A stretch of 64,000 nt of DNA, from NCBI GenBank assembly GCA_963663765.2, contig CAXXUA010000005.1:1600001-1664000 (forward strand), written 5' to 3'. Positions 29,790 to 41,220 of the stretch are shown one piece after another (position 1 is the first letter of the stretch; each line of letters begins with the position of its first letter). A model generated the notes under the pieces. It had not been told where the DNA came from, searched no databases, and was given only the letters and a program-made list of their open reading frames with translations. A program made the position numbers and the translations under genes. The DNA is from Candidatus Poribacteria bacterium (GTDB lineage Bacteria; Poribacteria; WGA-4E; WGA-3G).

Positions 29790-31025
29790 ATGCAAAACAA
29801 CCAAAAAACCTCAAATTCCTCAACACGCAAACAGTTCTTCTTCCTCACATATTGCCATACAGTCCTTGATTCTTACGCGACACTCTTTCCACATTTACAA
29901 CCACTATTGATAAATAAGTTTGCAGTAGTGGGTGCGCGAAATAGTTTCGCAGGTGTTCTTATATCCCTCTATAGCATCTTTAGTTCTATCGGACAAGTTT
30001 TCTTCGGTTGGCTGTCAGACAAAGTACAGTCAGTTCATTACATTACCTTTGGGGTCGCTTTTACTGCGATCGGTTTGAGTTTAGTAGGCATAGTTCCCTC
30101 AACATATATGGTATTTCTGTTATTAGCTATCGGAGGAACGGGTGTTGCTGCTTTTCACCCGCAAGCAACCACCTATGCTGGGGCTCTTGCAGCTGAAACA
30201 CGCGGGATGGGTATCTCCATTTTTCTGACTGGTGGAAATATAGGACGCGCTTTAGGACCATTGGTGCTATTGTTTATACCATATCGCTACAACAATGACC
30301 TAAGTCACCTTGTCTGGGAAATGATACCAGGGGTGCTTGTTGCATTGCTTGTTCCGTTTATCCTAAAATTTAAGCACGAACTGGATCTAACCGCGTCTTC
30401 TCGCGTCCTTTCAGAAAAAAGCAACAACCAAAAGGATGCTTTCTGGCAGGTTGCACAACCACATCTCATACCACTGATCGCACTTTTTATTATCGCCTGC
30501 CTCAGAACTGTTACGGGGATTGGATTGGAGAGTTTTCTATCCATTTACCTCGACGATTTAGGATATTCTAACCAAATGCGATCTTTAGTCATTGCTCTAT
30601 ACATCTTTGCGGGTTCAATGGGAATTATGTTGAGTGGATGGGTATTGAGTCGTTTAAACACACTTATATTATTTCTGATTTCACTCGTTTTTGCACCACC
30701 ACTACTCTACCTTTCACTCCATAGCAAAGGTATTGCTTTCCTCATCTTCCTCTTTTTAGGTAACGTAGTCCTGTCAAGTTCCATCACACTTAGCATTATC
30801 TTAGCACAGATGATGCTACGAGGTTATGAAAACATAGCGTCAAGTCTGATGATGGGAGCTTCATGGGGTGTCAGCGGGTTACTCAATCTGATAGTTGGAA
30901 ACTTGGGGGATCGTTTCGGATTACCAATCGTCTTGGATGGATTGGTGATGGTGCCATTGGTGGTCGCACCTCTTCTGTTTTTCTTACGAAAACAACCCGA
31001 TTTGTCAAATCAGGATACGAATTAA
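29790..31025 (+). CDS. MFS transporter (Fsr-like)
   Basis: About 12 TM segments; GVAAFHP and GGNIG motifs. Confidence 0.85.
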   Translation: MQNNQKTSNSSTRKQFFFLTYCHTVLDSYATLFPHLQPLLINKFAVVGARNSFAGVLISLYSIFSSIGQVFFGWLSDKVQSVHYITFGVAFTAIGLSLVGIVPSTYMVFLLLAIGGTGVAAFHPQATTYAGALAAETRGMGISIFLTGGNIGRALGPLVLLFIPYRYNNDLSHLVWEMIPGVLVALLVPFILKFKHELDLTASSRVLSEKSNNQKDAFWQVAQPHLIPLIALFIIACLRTVTGIGLESFLSIYLDDLGYSNQMRSLVIALYIFAGSMGIMLSGWVLSRLNTLILFLISLVFAPPLLYLSLHSKGIAFLIFLFLGNVVLSSSITLSIILAQMMLRGYENIASSLMMGASWGVSGLLNLIVGNLGDRFGLPIVLDGLVMVPLVVAPLLFFLRKQPDLSNQDTN

Positions 31026-32101
31026 AAAGTCCACAAGACACTCAAAAAATGTGTATTGATTAGATCACCGATGAGAAGCGCGTAATCCAGATGAAACTGT
31101 TTCAACTGGATGCCGATGCCACTTGTCAAACGGCTATCACGCACACCGACCCTTAGTGCCAATGGGGGTGAGAGTTGGTATTCTATACCAAAATGTGTTT
31201 GTCCTCCGTAACGCTCCTGCCATTGATACGTGAGTATCATATCCCGATTAAATAATAGTTTTGAAAAAAATGCTACACCTAAATTCAGATTAGCAGGAAT
31301 TGACTCTTTATCTGCTGACACCGTATTCCAAGTCAAAGTCGTCTGGGATATATCTTGAAGATTAACACCAAAAGCAAATCCTCCAACCTTCTCTAGACCA
31401 AATAGAGCATTCATATCAGGGAGACGAAATAGCATACCAGCATCAAACCCGTAACCACTGCTACCATAGTTATTGTAGAGAGAGGTTATCTCATCAAGTT
31501 CACCTACACCACTTAATCGTTGAACGATTCCCTTAACATTTATTCCGAGTAGAAATTCTGGAGGAACAGAATCCCTGCCAAAATTATCCCACCACGATTG
31601 ACTTACAGCAAACCGTGTTGCGAGAGAGAAGATAAACGCATTTTCACTGTCATTCAGATATCCGGATGGGATAAAGTCTTCTTCCGTAGGACGGTATCTT
31701 GCGTTATTTTTCCGTTGGTCAGCACTAATTTCCGGATCAAACGCAGGTACATCATAATAAATTGGAATATCGTCTATACCAGCACGTAGCCACGACAAAC
31801 CGACAGTCACATGCGGTATAAACTTCCCAATACCGCTAACGTAACTAAATGCACCCAATCCTGATCTACGTGTGGCATGCATCATACAGACTTGATATTT
31901 ATGTGAACCCCCCGCAATCCCTGCTGGATTCCAATAAGTCGCTGTAGCATCGTCGGCAATGCTCACATAAGCACCACCAAGTCCAAGTGCGCGTGCGCCA
32001 ATACCGTTCGTCAAAAAATCACCGGTGTAGTTCTCTGCATAAGAAGATAGAACAATAAAAAAACAGATTCCAATGAGTCCTATAAGTTTTAGTTTAGTCA
32101 A
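31022..32101 (-). CDS. PorV/PorQ-like (UPF0164) outer-membrane protein
   Basis: Signal peptide; FL..GIGARALGLGGAY...ADDATA.YWNPAG; C-terminal F. Confidence 0.7.
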   Translation of the reverse strand: MTKLKLIGLIGICFFIVLSSYAENYTGDFLTNGIGARALGLGGAYVSIADDATATYWNPAGIAGGSHKYQVCMMHATRRSGLGAFSYVSGIGKFIPHVTVGLSWLRAGIDDIPIYYDVPAFDPEISADQRKNNARYRPTEEDFIPSGYLNDSENAFIFSLATRFAVSQSWWDNFGRDSVPPEFLLGINVKGIVQRLSGVGELDEITSLYNNYGSSGYGFDAGMLFRLPDMNALFGLEKVGGFAFGVNLQDISQTTLTWNTVSADKESIPANLNLGVAFFSKLLFNRDMILTYQWQERYGGQTHFGIEYQLSPPLALRVGVRDSRLTSGIGIQLKQFHLDYALLIGDLINTHFLSVLWTF

Positions 32102-32106
32102 AGATT

Positions 32107-32970
32107 TTATTCCTTATTTAGTTCAAAATTATTCCAGTAATATTGAAATTTCTTAGATTTCCATTTCTTGTATATTTGTTCCCATCCCATACGATTGAAA
32201 TGAGGTAGCAGTGAACCTTCCGTGACAGCTTGTGAACAACCTTGATAGCGATAATCTACTGAAAGACGTATTTGGTCAGAAGTTTGATTCGGTAGTGCTT
32301 TATGAACAGCATGGCTATGAAAGAATAAAGCATCTCCGATTTCATAATCTCCGGTTACCCAATGCATTCCATCAGCTTCTAAAGGGACGGTGTCTATACC
32401 GAGTCCTCCTGCTCCTAATGCAGGTTGCACAGGATAAATACCGAAGCGATGTGATCCAACTAACACAGTCAATCCACCCAATTGATGCGGACAGTACCCA
32501 AGTGGTATCCAAGCAGTATATGTCTCCTCTGTACCACGTATATGTATATAATCTTGATGTGCAGGTGTTGTATACTTTGTGTTTTCTGGGAACATAATTC
32601 TTCCAATATTCCGCGGATGCACAAGCGTTGTTTCTCCAAACAATTTGTCGCACATATCCAAAATTGCAGGATGATGAGCAAATGCGTGGAAAGATTCAAG
32701 GCTTTGGAATTCGTCTAACACGGGCCAATATCCTGCATCACCCTCCATGAACGGACCACCTGTTCGTATGCCTTCAATTAACGCATCTCCCCCTTGCGCC
32801 CATCCGTGACGATGGCATATCTCTAAGAAATCATGACGTAAATTGACTACAGATTCTTCATCAATTAATCCACGAAAAAAGAGATACCCATCTGTTTTAG
32901 CACGTTCCTGAAGTTTCTTAGGAGTGTCCAACAACACATTTGAAACAGTAAAAGACTCAATCTTACCCAT
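32107..32970 (-). CDS. PhyH-family dioxygenase
   Basis: HQD, TAWIPLG, GSH, H..L.N and RLSVDYRY motifs. Confidence 0.85.
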   Translation of the reverse strand: MGKIESFTVSNVLLDTPKKLQERAKTDGYLFFRGLIDEESVVNLRHDFLEICHRHGWAQGGDALIEGIRTGGPFMEGDAGYWPVLDEFQSLESFHAFAHHPAILDMCDKLFGETTLVHPRNIGRIMFPENTKYTTPAHQDYIHIRGTEETYTAWIPLGYCPHQLGGLTVLVGSHRFGIYPVQPALGAGGLGIDTVPLEADGMHWVTGDYEIGDALFFHSHAVHKALPNQTSDQIRLSVDYRYQGCSQAVTEGSLLPHFNRMGWEQIYKKWKSKKFQYYWNNFELNKE

Positions 32971-33032
32971 AGTACGTTCCTCGTTTATCTAATAGAATGA
33001 TGATTCTAAATATGTTCTTGCATACAACTGAT

Positions 33033-33062
33033 ATTATACCAACAATAAAGAAGATGTGTCAA
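33033..33062 (-). promoter_or_regulatory. Sigma70-type promoter upstream of the PhyH gene
   Basis: TTGACA-18 nt-TATAAT on the minus strand. Confidence 0.6.
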
Positions 33063-33395
33063 GTTATAGCGCACACAAGGGTGTGTAAAGTTTTTGCACA
33101 GAGGTGCCAACTTTTTCTTCTCTTTAGTCCCGTAGGGACGCAATGTTTATAGAAGACGTTATCACATCCCCTCTCTTTAGTTCCGTAGGAACGACATAGA
33201 AGGATAAACATATCGTCCCTACGGGACTAAAAAGACGTGGGGATATGTATTTCTATAAACATATCGTCCCTACGGGACTGAAGAATATGGTTAATATTAA
33301 CGAGTTGTGCTAAATAACTATATGTTGATCATTGTTTCACATAAGCATCACGTTTTGCAGGTGTCCTTCATAGTTTGAAACGATCTTCAGTCCCG

Positions 33396-33465
33396 CCAAA
33401 TGCCGTACGGGGAATGCCTTAATGGCATTCATACCGTTGATTTGGCGCATTTGGCGTTGATTTGG
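33396..33465 (+). mobile_element. Micro-element K2 with a K1 copy (33410-33445) nested in its loop
   Basis: Splits REP AGTCCCG|TAGGGACG; intact REP at 33125 and 33510. Confidence 0.8.
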
Positions 33466-33569
33466 TAGGGACGATATGTTTATAGAAAAACGGCATAGCA
33501 CATCCTCTTTAGTCCCGTAGGGACGATATGTTTATAGAAAAACGTCATAGTACATCCTCTTTAGTCCCG

Positions 33570-33603
33570 ACAAATGCCATACGCGCATTTGGCGTTGATT
33601 TGG
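33570..33603 (+). mobile_element. Micro-element K2 (34 nt)
   Basis: ACAAATGCCATACGCGCATTTGGCGTTGATTTGG splitting AGTCCCG|TAGGGACG. Confidence 0.8.
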
Positions 33604-33710
33604 TAGGGACGATATGTGTGCATTATAAACCTAATATATGTAAAAACTTTAAAAACAATGGGTTAACTGGCACAAGTCGTAATATTAACAATATTTCTGT
33701 ATATTGACAC

Positions 33711-33851
33711 CTAATGAAGTTTGACAATCAAAATCGGTAGTTGAATTCGTAGGGGTTGGGTTCCCCAACCCGTTGGTTTTTGAGTTTGCGTAGAACATGT
33801 GTGGAAACCACGCACCTACGAATACACAACTTGAACGTCAAAACTCATTAG
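33711..33851. mobile_element. MITE-H with REP cargo
   Basis: CTAATGAAGTTTGAC...GTCAAAACTCATTAG; internal GTAGGGGTTGGGTTCCCCAACCC. Confidence 0.65.
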
Positions 33852-33906
33852 GACTCTGTGTCCGCAATCTCTCATTTAATCAGTTGCGGCAGGGCACAGA
33901 GACCCG

Positions 33907-34009
33907 GGGAATGCCTAAATGGCATTCATACCGGGGAATGCCAAAAGACATTCATACCCGGGGAATGCCAAAAGGCATTCATACCGTTGATTTCTTGATT
34001 TCTTGATTT
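33907..34009 (+). mobile_element. Three concatenated K micro-elements, the last with a triple tail
   Basis: Three GGGAATGCC..CATTCATACC units then GTTGATTTCTTGATTTCTTGATTT. Confidence 0.75.
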
Positions 34010-34154
34010 CGCACTACAATGGAGAGTGGGATGTTTGTGCAAAAACTTTACACACCCCGCACACAGGACCAGGGTTATTCAGTTTTACCCATTTTACCCG
34101 TTTCCTGAGAAAATCGCGACCGGGAGGTCGCTCATACCTGCTTAAGTGTGTAAT

Positions 34155-34324
34155 TATAGTGAAATATACAATTAAGTTTACACCTCTTCTGTAGGCGGGG
34201 AATGCCAATAGGCATTCATACCGTTGATTTCGATCTCCGAATCGCGACTGAACGCCTTGATAGTCGGGAATCGGAGTTCCCTCCTACACCTGAAAGTGTA
34301 AAAATAATTCTAAAATCCACTATA
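34155..34324. mobile_element. MITE-D (TATAGTG ends, Correia/IS630-like) with REP doublet and K at 34198-34230
   Basis: TATAGTGAAATATACAATT...AATTCTAAAATCCACTATA; second copy at 54750-54954. Confidence 0.8.
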
Positions 34325-34361
34325 ATATCAGAATATCCCATTATTAACCCTAAAGTACCCC

Positions 34362-35495
34362 TCAGATCAACTCAACAAAGACCTCATTCGCCAAAAAAAG
34401 TCCGTGCTGAGTAAGACGAAGATATGTCCCGTTCTGCTCTAACACTCCTAAATCAATCCACTTGCCAATTTTATCTCCAAACGCTACTTCAATTTGTTCA
34501 TTGAAACGTCGTGCATAGTCTGCTACACAGATACCCTCGCGCTTCCGAAGTGCCAACATTAAGGTCTCCGCTTTTTCTGCGGCACCCGTAAGATGTTCAG
34601 TCTCCGAGATAGGTTTTTTGTGTTGATTGAGTGCTTCAATGTAAGGTGGGATACCTCGGATATTGGCATAACGGACACCATCAACATACCCACATGCACC
34701 AACACCTAAACCCACATACTCCTGATTATTCCAATAAACAAGGTTGTGTTTCATCTCTCGATTCAGTAGGGCAAAGTTACAGATTTCGTAGTGCAAATAT
34801 CCTTGTAAGGTAAGGGTTTCAATCGTCCATTGGAACATTTCCGCTTCGGTGTCTTCAGAGGGAAGAACCAGTTTACCCGATTTCCATCTGTCATAAAAAG
34901 GTGTAGACTCCTCCATGACCAGATTATATGCAGAGATATGTTCAGGTTCAAGCGAGACCGTCTCCCTTAAGGTAAATTGCCATTGTTCCATTGTTTGATT
35001 TGGCAGTGCAAAGATCAGAACAATGTTGATATTTTCAAAACCACGTTTTCGTGCTAAATGATAACTGTGAAGGAACTCTTTGACAGTATGGATTCTGCCT
35101 AATTGCTGTAATGTCTCATCCTGCATTGCTTGCAAACCGAAGCTTAACCGGTTGACACCAGCACTTATCATCACGTCAAGTTTTTCAATATCAACGGTAT
35201 CAGGATTGCATTCTACTGTGATTTCAACATCAGGACATATTTGGAAATGTTCGTGTATATCAGCAAATAACTGATCTAAAACATTAGCAGAAAGGATAGA
35301 TGGAGTACCGCCGCCGATAAAGATCGTTTTTAATGGAGCGATCTGAGAGGAATATAGGCGCATCTCAGTGCTGAGTATGTTAATATAAACTCTTGCTTGT
35401 TCCTGCTGGTATAAGTAAGTGTTAAAAGCACAATAATAGCACTGCGTCGCACAAAATGGAATGTGGATATAAAGAGAAGAAGGCATCTCAATCAA
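34362..35495 (-). CDS. hemW: Radical SAM heme chaperone HemW
   Basis: YIHIPFC..CxxxCxxC, GGGTPS and HNxxYW motifs. Confidence 0.88.
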   Translation of the reverse strand: MIEMPSSLYIHIPFCATQCYYCAFNTYLYQQEQARVYINILSTEMRLYSSQIAPLKTIFIGGGTPSILSANVLDQLFADIHEHFQICPDVEITVECNPDTVDIEKLDVMISAGVNRLSFGLQAMQDETLQQLGRIHTVKEFLHSYHLARKRGFENINIVLIFALPNQTMEQWQFTLRETVSLEPEHISAYNLVMEESTPFYDRWKSGKLVLPSEDTEAEMFQWTIETLTLQGYLHYEICNFALLNREMKHNLVYWNNQEYVGLGVGACGYVDGVRYANIRGIPPYIEALNQHKKPISETEHLTGAAEKAETLMLALRKREGICVADYARRFNEQIEVAFGDKIGKWIDLGVLEQNGTYLRLTQHGLFLANEVFVELI

Positions 35496-36588
35496 AAGTT
35501 AGTCCTACACGGATGGCAGCCCCTGAATCAGCATAGGAAAATGCATCGTTAATACGGTCAAACGGGAAAGTATCGGAGATAATCTTATGGAACGGATATT
35601 TTTCTTGTGTCCTACACAGAAAATCAAGTGCACGCGGGATCACCCACGGTTCATAAACGATTACACCCCGAATCGCTTTGCTACATCGAACAATATTGCC
35701 AGGGTCAAGCTCGGTTGGAAATCCCAAATTAATGTTTCCAATCCAGAGATAACGTCCTCCCCACCGAAGCATTTCTATACCCTCTGCAAGGACACGCGGA
35801 GAACCAACGAATTCAGATACAAGATCAGCACCAATCCCACCTGTTTGATTCAGAACAAAATCAACACGTTCCCGAAAAGCAAGATCATCTACATTGACCG
35901 TGTAATCAGCACCAAATTCCTCTGCCAGTGTGAGACGTGATGCAAGTCTATCAAGCACGATGACCTTCCCAGCTCCCATTTCTTTCGCTACTGCAGTCGC
36001 ATAAAGACCAAGTCCGCCAGCACCTTGGATAACAACCGTATCCCCAAGTGTAATACCAATTTGATTAAGTCCATAAATAACTTCTGATAAAGCACAATTA
36101 ATCGGAGATACGAGCGAATCTGGCAACTCATCAGGTACTTTAAAGACCCAATGTCCCGCTTTCATGTAGTAGTATTCACCATACGCGCCGTGAAAATGAG
36201 GGTGTTGTTCGCTTGAAACACCAAGCCAATCTCGGTAACGGTTCGGACAACCGGGTTTGCCGTTTAAGCACATCCAACAACGTTGACACGGTTTGAAATA
36301 GGAATAGACGATCCGATCCCCCTCCGTTAGTTGTTGTCCAATGCTGTCAACTATTACATTTCGTCCTAACGCCTCAATGGTACCAATCATTTCATGACCA
36401 AGGACCTGTGGAACGCCGCTTGTTATCTTGGGACCATGTCCACGCCAAAAATGCAAATCAGAACCACAAATATTCGCCATTCGGATCCGCACCAAGATGT
36501 CGTCTGCTGTTACATTAGGCACAGGATATTCACGAATTTCCAATGGTGTTTGGGGTTCTGTGAAGATAGCAACCTTGCCGGTTTTCAT
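35488..36588 (-). CDS. Zn-dependent alcohol dehydrogenase
   Basis: ICGSD, GHE, CxxCxxC and GAGGLG motifs. Confidence 0.9.
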   Translation of the reverse strand: MKTGKVAIFTEPQTPLEIREYPVPNVTADDILVRIRMANICGSDLHFWRGHGPKITSGVPQVLGHEMIGTIEALGRNVIVDSIGQQLTEGDRIVYSYFKPCQRCWMCLNGKPGCPNRYRDWLGVSSEQHPHFHGAYGEYYYMKAGHWVFKVPDELPDSLVSPINCALSEVIYGLNQIGITLGDTVVIQGAGGLGLYATAVAKEMGAGKVIVLDRLASRLTLAEEFGADYTVNVDDLAFRERVDFVLNQTGGIGADLVSEFVGSPRVLAEGIEMLRWGGRYLWIGNINLGFPTELDPGNIVRCSKAIRGVIVYEPWVIPRALDFLCRTQEKYPFHKIISDTFPFDRINDAFSYADSGAAIRVGLTFD

Positions 36589-36623
36589 GTATAATCACTT
36601 CTGTTTTTGAGTAAGTTCAACCC

Positions 36624-37043
36624 TCAATACTCTCCAAAATTGATAACCTTCCACTGTCCATCGATGTTCTCTGTCGTAATCACAACATTACGAGTATGGG
36701 TTGTTTCGTCATTACGGTTTTTAATCGTCAGTTCGTAGTTGAATGACACGTGCATTACATCCTCAATTTCTGTCGTCGTTTCCTTACCAATTTGTTTATA
36801 GGCAATGTTTGGCATTTCAGGAATAGGATCTGTAGGGGAACGAACTTCATGTAGACGTGCGATTTCGTCATTCAACTTTTCGGTCGCAAGTTCTGCACTT
36901 AACTGAAGGGCTGCTGCTTGATTCGCCAATTTATAGTAATTATATATGAAATCTTCAGTGACTGCTTGCGGAGAATTTCTATTTGAACATGCAATGAATA
37001 TCAGGATGATAAGGAAGAAAAGGAAGGCATATCGGGATTTCAT
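36624..37043 (-). CDS. Hypothetical lipoprotein
   Basis: Lipobox-like FIAC after a hydrophobic stretch; C-terminal GQWKV. Confidence 0.6.
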   Translation of the reverse strand: MKSRYAFLFFLIILIFIACSNRNSPQAVTEDFIYNYYKLANQAAALQLSAELATEKLNDEIARLHEVRSPTDPIPEMPNIAYKQIGKETTTEIEDVMHVSFNYELTIKNRNDETTHTRNVVITTENIDGQWKVINFGEY

Positions 37044-37050
37044 GGGGAGG

Positions 37051-38553
37051 TTATTCCCTTTTACGAATCATGGCCACGTTAAAGATGCGACGTTCATAGT
37101 CGTGTGCAGGTCTATTGACAATCTCGCCTAATGCCCACAAAGCAGAAGAACTCCCACCATCAAAATTTATCGCATGTTCTATTCCGAGGTCGTTGAAGAA
37201 ATCAGCCATTTGATAGAGTGTCATGCCTGAACTGTAACTAGATCTTCTGCCATCAACAACGATGAGGAAAAGCTTGTCATCATTAAAACCCAAAGCACTC
37301 CTCGGGTGCCGCTGCGCACCGTTGCTATGACTATAGGCACTACGACCTCCGGTCTGGTGAAACCTAACTAACTCCGGTTCTATTTTACCATCTCGTAATA
37401 GTCGTAAATTGCCGCCAATACCGTTTTGGATCGTCTGCCATTTTTCAGGAGTTAGCGTAATCGTTATTTCGCCTTTGGTAGACTTTCTAATCTTTCTATA
37501 CCATTTGCTACCCAAACGCGGCTCTATCGCAAGAACAACGCCATCTGACGGAATAATACTACTACCACGAGGATTGACAGCAGTGACAACAAAACGACTC
37601 TTGTATTTTCCAGTCAGTGGAAGCTTAAGTTCCTTGAGGATAAATTCATAACAGCGCCGTGTTAAAGTCGTCCGTCCAAAACGAGGGGTGTAAAGCACTA
37701 CCGGCGACAACGAATCACAGATTTGGTTAATCGCATCTATCTTCAACGTATCTTGTCCAACACTAAGTTTTCCATTCAATTGCACTGCATCCAACAGATA
37801 CTCTCCATCAGGTGTAATTCCAAAACTTGTTTCACCCCACGGTGAAGGTGGAGAATAACCCCATCTGTCAAGCAATATCGGTATACTAACAAGTTCACCA
37901 TCCTCAATATAAAGGTTGAACATCATACCGCCGCGACCATAACTATCCCCGCGAATTCCGAAACTTCCGTTAACCCCCGCTAAAGGTTGTAAACCCTTCT
38001 GTCGTAGCCGTCGCGTAGTACCAGTAATCGTTTCACGACCAATAATCTGGGTGTTTGCAAGTTCTACATCAAACTCAAGATTTTTTGAATCACGATCCAT
38101 CTCTGCAACATAAACCGCAGCATGCCCAACCCACCAATACCGATGAAGTTGAAATCCATCAGGCCAACGCTTTCTATCAAGAATATCTATATCTCTAATA
38201 GATTTAGGAAGTGTTTTGTTTGTATCACGCGTTTCAGCTGCAACCGGTTTTTGACGCACTTGCGTAATATCCACTGGATTGGTTTCTGGCGGGGTCTTCT
38301 TAGTCTCAAATTGAATAGAATTTGGAGGCGTATCTATTGAATCAAGCCTTACGGTAGATGGTTGAATCGTTTCGCTTTCAAATAACCGCATAGCATTGAT
38401 GACTAAAATGAATAGTAGAAGCAGAACGCAAATCGTCAGCAGTTTAGGTAATGGACTTCGTTGATGATGTTCTGTATACATAGTATTACCCAACTTAGTA
38501 TAAAGGTCGTCGCGTGCAAATATTTGACTCTGAAGAATTCGTGAACCTGACAC
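37051..38553 (-). CDS. Phosphodiester glycosidase (NAGPA/DUF2233) family protein
   Basis: HPRSALG, VVDGR and AINFDGGSS motifs; start uncertain. Confidence 0.8.
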   Translation of the reverse strand: MSGSRILQSQIFARDDLYTKLGNTMYTEHHQRSPLPKLLTICVLLLLFILVINAMRLFESETIQPSTVRLDSIDTPPNSIQFETKKTPPETNPVDITQVRQKPVAAETRDTNKTLPKSIRDIDILDRKRWPDGFQLHRYWWVGHAAVYVAEMDRDSKNLEFDVELANTQIIGRETITGTTRRLRQKGLQPLAGVNGSFGIRGDSYGRGGMMFNLYIEDGELVSIPILLDRWGYSPPSPWGETSFGITPDGEYLLDAVQLNGKLSVGQDTLKIDAINQICDSLSPVVLYTPRFGRTTLTRRCYEFILKELKLPLTGKYKSRFVVTAVNPRGSSIIPSDGVVLAIEPRLGSKWYRKIRKSTKGEITITLTPEKWQTIQNGIGGNLRLLRDGKIEPELVRFHQTGGRSAYSHSNGAQRHPRSALGFNDDKLFLIVVDGRRSSYSSGMTLYQMADFFNDLGIEHAINFDGGSSSALWALGEIVNRPAHDYERRIFNVAMIRKRE

Positions 38554-38729
38554 CGTTCAAATACACAAGGGAAGATAAGTAACCAATTTCACTAATTTTG
38601 TCAGTTACAATTATAACAAAACTAATCGTTTATTGCAATGTGTTTATTACAAGTATCTAAAGGTAGGAGACAAATTTACTTTGACACATAAACAACTCTT
38701 AGCAGGTGGTTATTGCGTTTTGTGGTAAA

Positions 38730-39017
38730 TCATTCAGGTTGTACAGGCTTTACTACCTTGAACTTAATCTCACCCGGTTTAACAAAACCAAGTCTTTTCC
38801 TGACAAGACGTTCCTTTGTCAAGGTATCATTTTTTAACGATTCAACGCGTTCCTTGAGTTTATCACGTCTGTTTTCAAGACCGAGAAGTGCTTTCTGGTA
38901 GCTTGACTCAATGCGCTGTGCATCTTGCCAGTCGTCATAGCCATGCATAAATTGTGTGACACTGAAAACAAGCAATGCTATTGAAATGATCAATAGGATT
39001 ATACGAAAAACCCGCAT
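38730..39017 (-). CDS. ftsB: Septum formation initiator (FtsB/DivIC family)
   Basis: TM + coiled coil + ER..R..LG.VKPGE; follows eno. Confidence 0.75.
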   Translation of the reverse strand: MRVFRIILLIISIALLVFSVTQFMHGYDDWQDAQRIESSYQKALLGLENRRDKLKERVESLKNDTLTKERLVRKRLGFVKPGEIKFKVVKPVQPE

Positions 39018-39080
39018 TAAACTTACCTTTAGATGAATACATCGAAACTGCACAAAAGCAATTCCAATGAAACATGACAA

Positions 39081-40415
<1,335 letters not shown>

Positions 40416-40518
40416 TTACGTTGACTAATACGAAAGTTCTATACCATATTCAATCTTTTAGTCACGACTATTCTTCAATAACATTTCCTTGAATCTACAC
40501 ATAAGTCTTACTTTACCG

Positions 40519-41211
40519 TTATTCCTCAATTACTGCATCTGCAAGCAAATAGGCAGATACCAAAAATACCACACTTGATGCTACCAACATCGTCAACCAA
40601 GAAACATCTTCAATCCCACCGGTACCTAATAGAGATACGCTACATTTTGTACCCGCCATAATAATGGGAATCACAAGGGGGAGAAGGATAACAGAAAGCA
40701 AACTCTCACCACCGCTTGTGCTTGTAGACATACCCGCTAACAACACACCGACAGCACTAAACCCAATAGTACCAATACTCAGCACACCAAGCAGTTTTAG
40801 CAATGTCCGCAAAGACACATCATCAAATAAACCAAAGAATTGAAGTGCTATTGGCGTAATCACAATTTCCAGTAGAAATAGTATGATAACATTACTGACA
40901 ACTTTGGACAAATAGACATTTCCGGCATCAACCCCAGTCAATCGTATCCCGTGCAATGCGCCATGTGTACGTTCTAATGTAAAAGAACGATTCAAGGTTA
41001 TAATTCCTGCAAAAACAAATGCCCCCCAAAGCACACTCGCAGCTAATTTGCCAAGTTCTTTCTCTGATTCTGGAAACTGCGGACCAAACCCAAATGCAAA
41101 AATCAGCACAACAAGGATACTAAACACAAAAATTAATGCCAACGTCTCCTTGGCACGAAATTGTAACCCAAGGTCTTTTCGAATCAACGCTGCAATCTGA
41201 CGGAATACCAT
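40519..41211 (-). CDS. ccmB: Heme exporter permease CcmB
   Basis: Hydrophobic; KDL..., RSF..E...G.L and LLPL.IP motifs; next to ccmA. Confidence 0.8.
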   Translation of the reverse strand: MVFRQIAALIRKDLGLQFRAKETLALIFVFSILVVLIFAFGFGPQFPESEKELGKLAASVLWGAFVFAGIITLNRSFTLERTHGALHGIRLTGVDAGNVYLSKVVSNVIILFLLEIVITPIALQFFGLFDDVSLRTLLKLLGVLSIGTIGFSAVGVLLAGMSTSTSGGESLLSVILLPLVIPIIMAGTKCSVSLLGTGGIEDVSWLTMLVASSVVFLVSAYLLADAVIEE

Positions 41212-41220
41212 CTACTTGTC

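Larger units (their letters stand above)
33300..33680 (-). mobile_element. Non-autonomous MITE with the IS982 ends
   Basis: ACGAGTTGTGCTAAAT...TAACTGGCACAAGTCGT match both ends of the IS at 3196-4356; 7-bp TSD AATATTA. Confidence 0.85.
33078..34058. mobile_element. Composite MITE-C carrying nested elements
   Basis: GGGTGTGTAAAGTTTTTGCACA/TGTGCAAAAACTTTACACACCC TIRs; TSD GCACACA on both sides. Confidence 0.8.

Noticed and set aside
33121-33620. Regularly spaced GTCCCGTAGGGAC repeats as a CRISPR array
   Set aside because: They occur in both orientations with similar intervening sequence, which fits a REP cluster.
33797-34414. Small ORFs containing GMPKGIHT / RYECLLAFP (also at 15259, 54609 and 57542)
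   Set aside because: Translations of the non-coding K micro-element, not a protein family.
35010-35030. HemW INIVLIF where a conserved Asp is expected
   Set aside because: A single-base difference could be a sequencing error or a private variant; the rest of the gene is intact.
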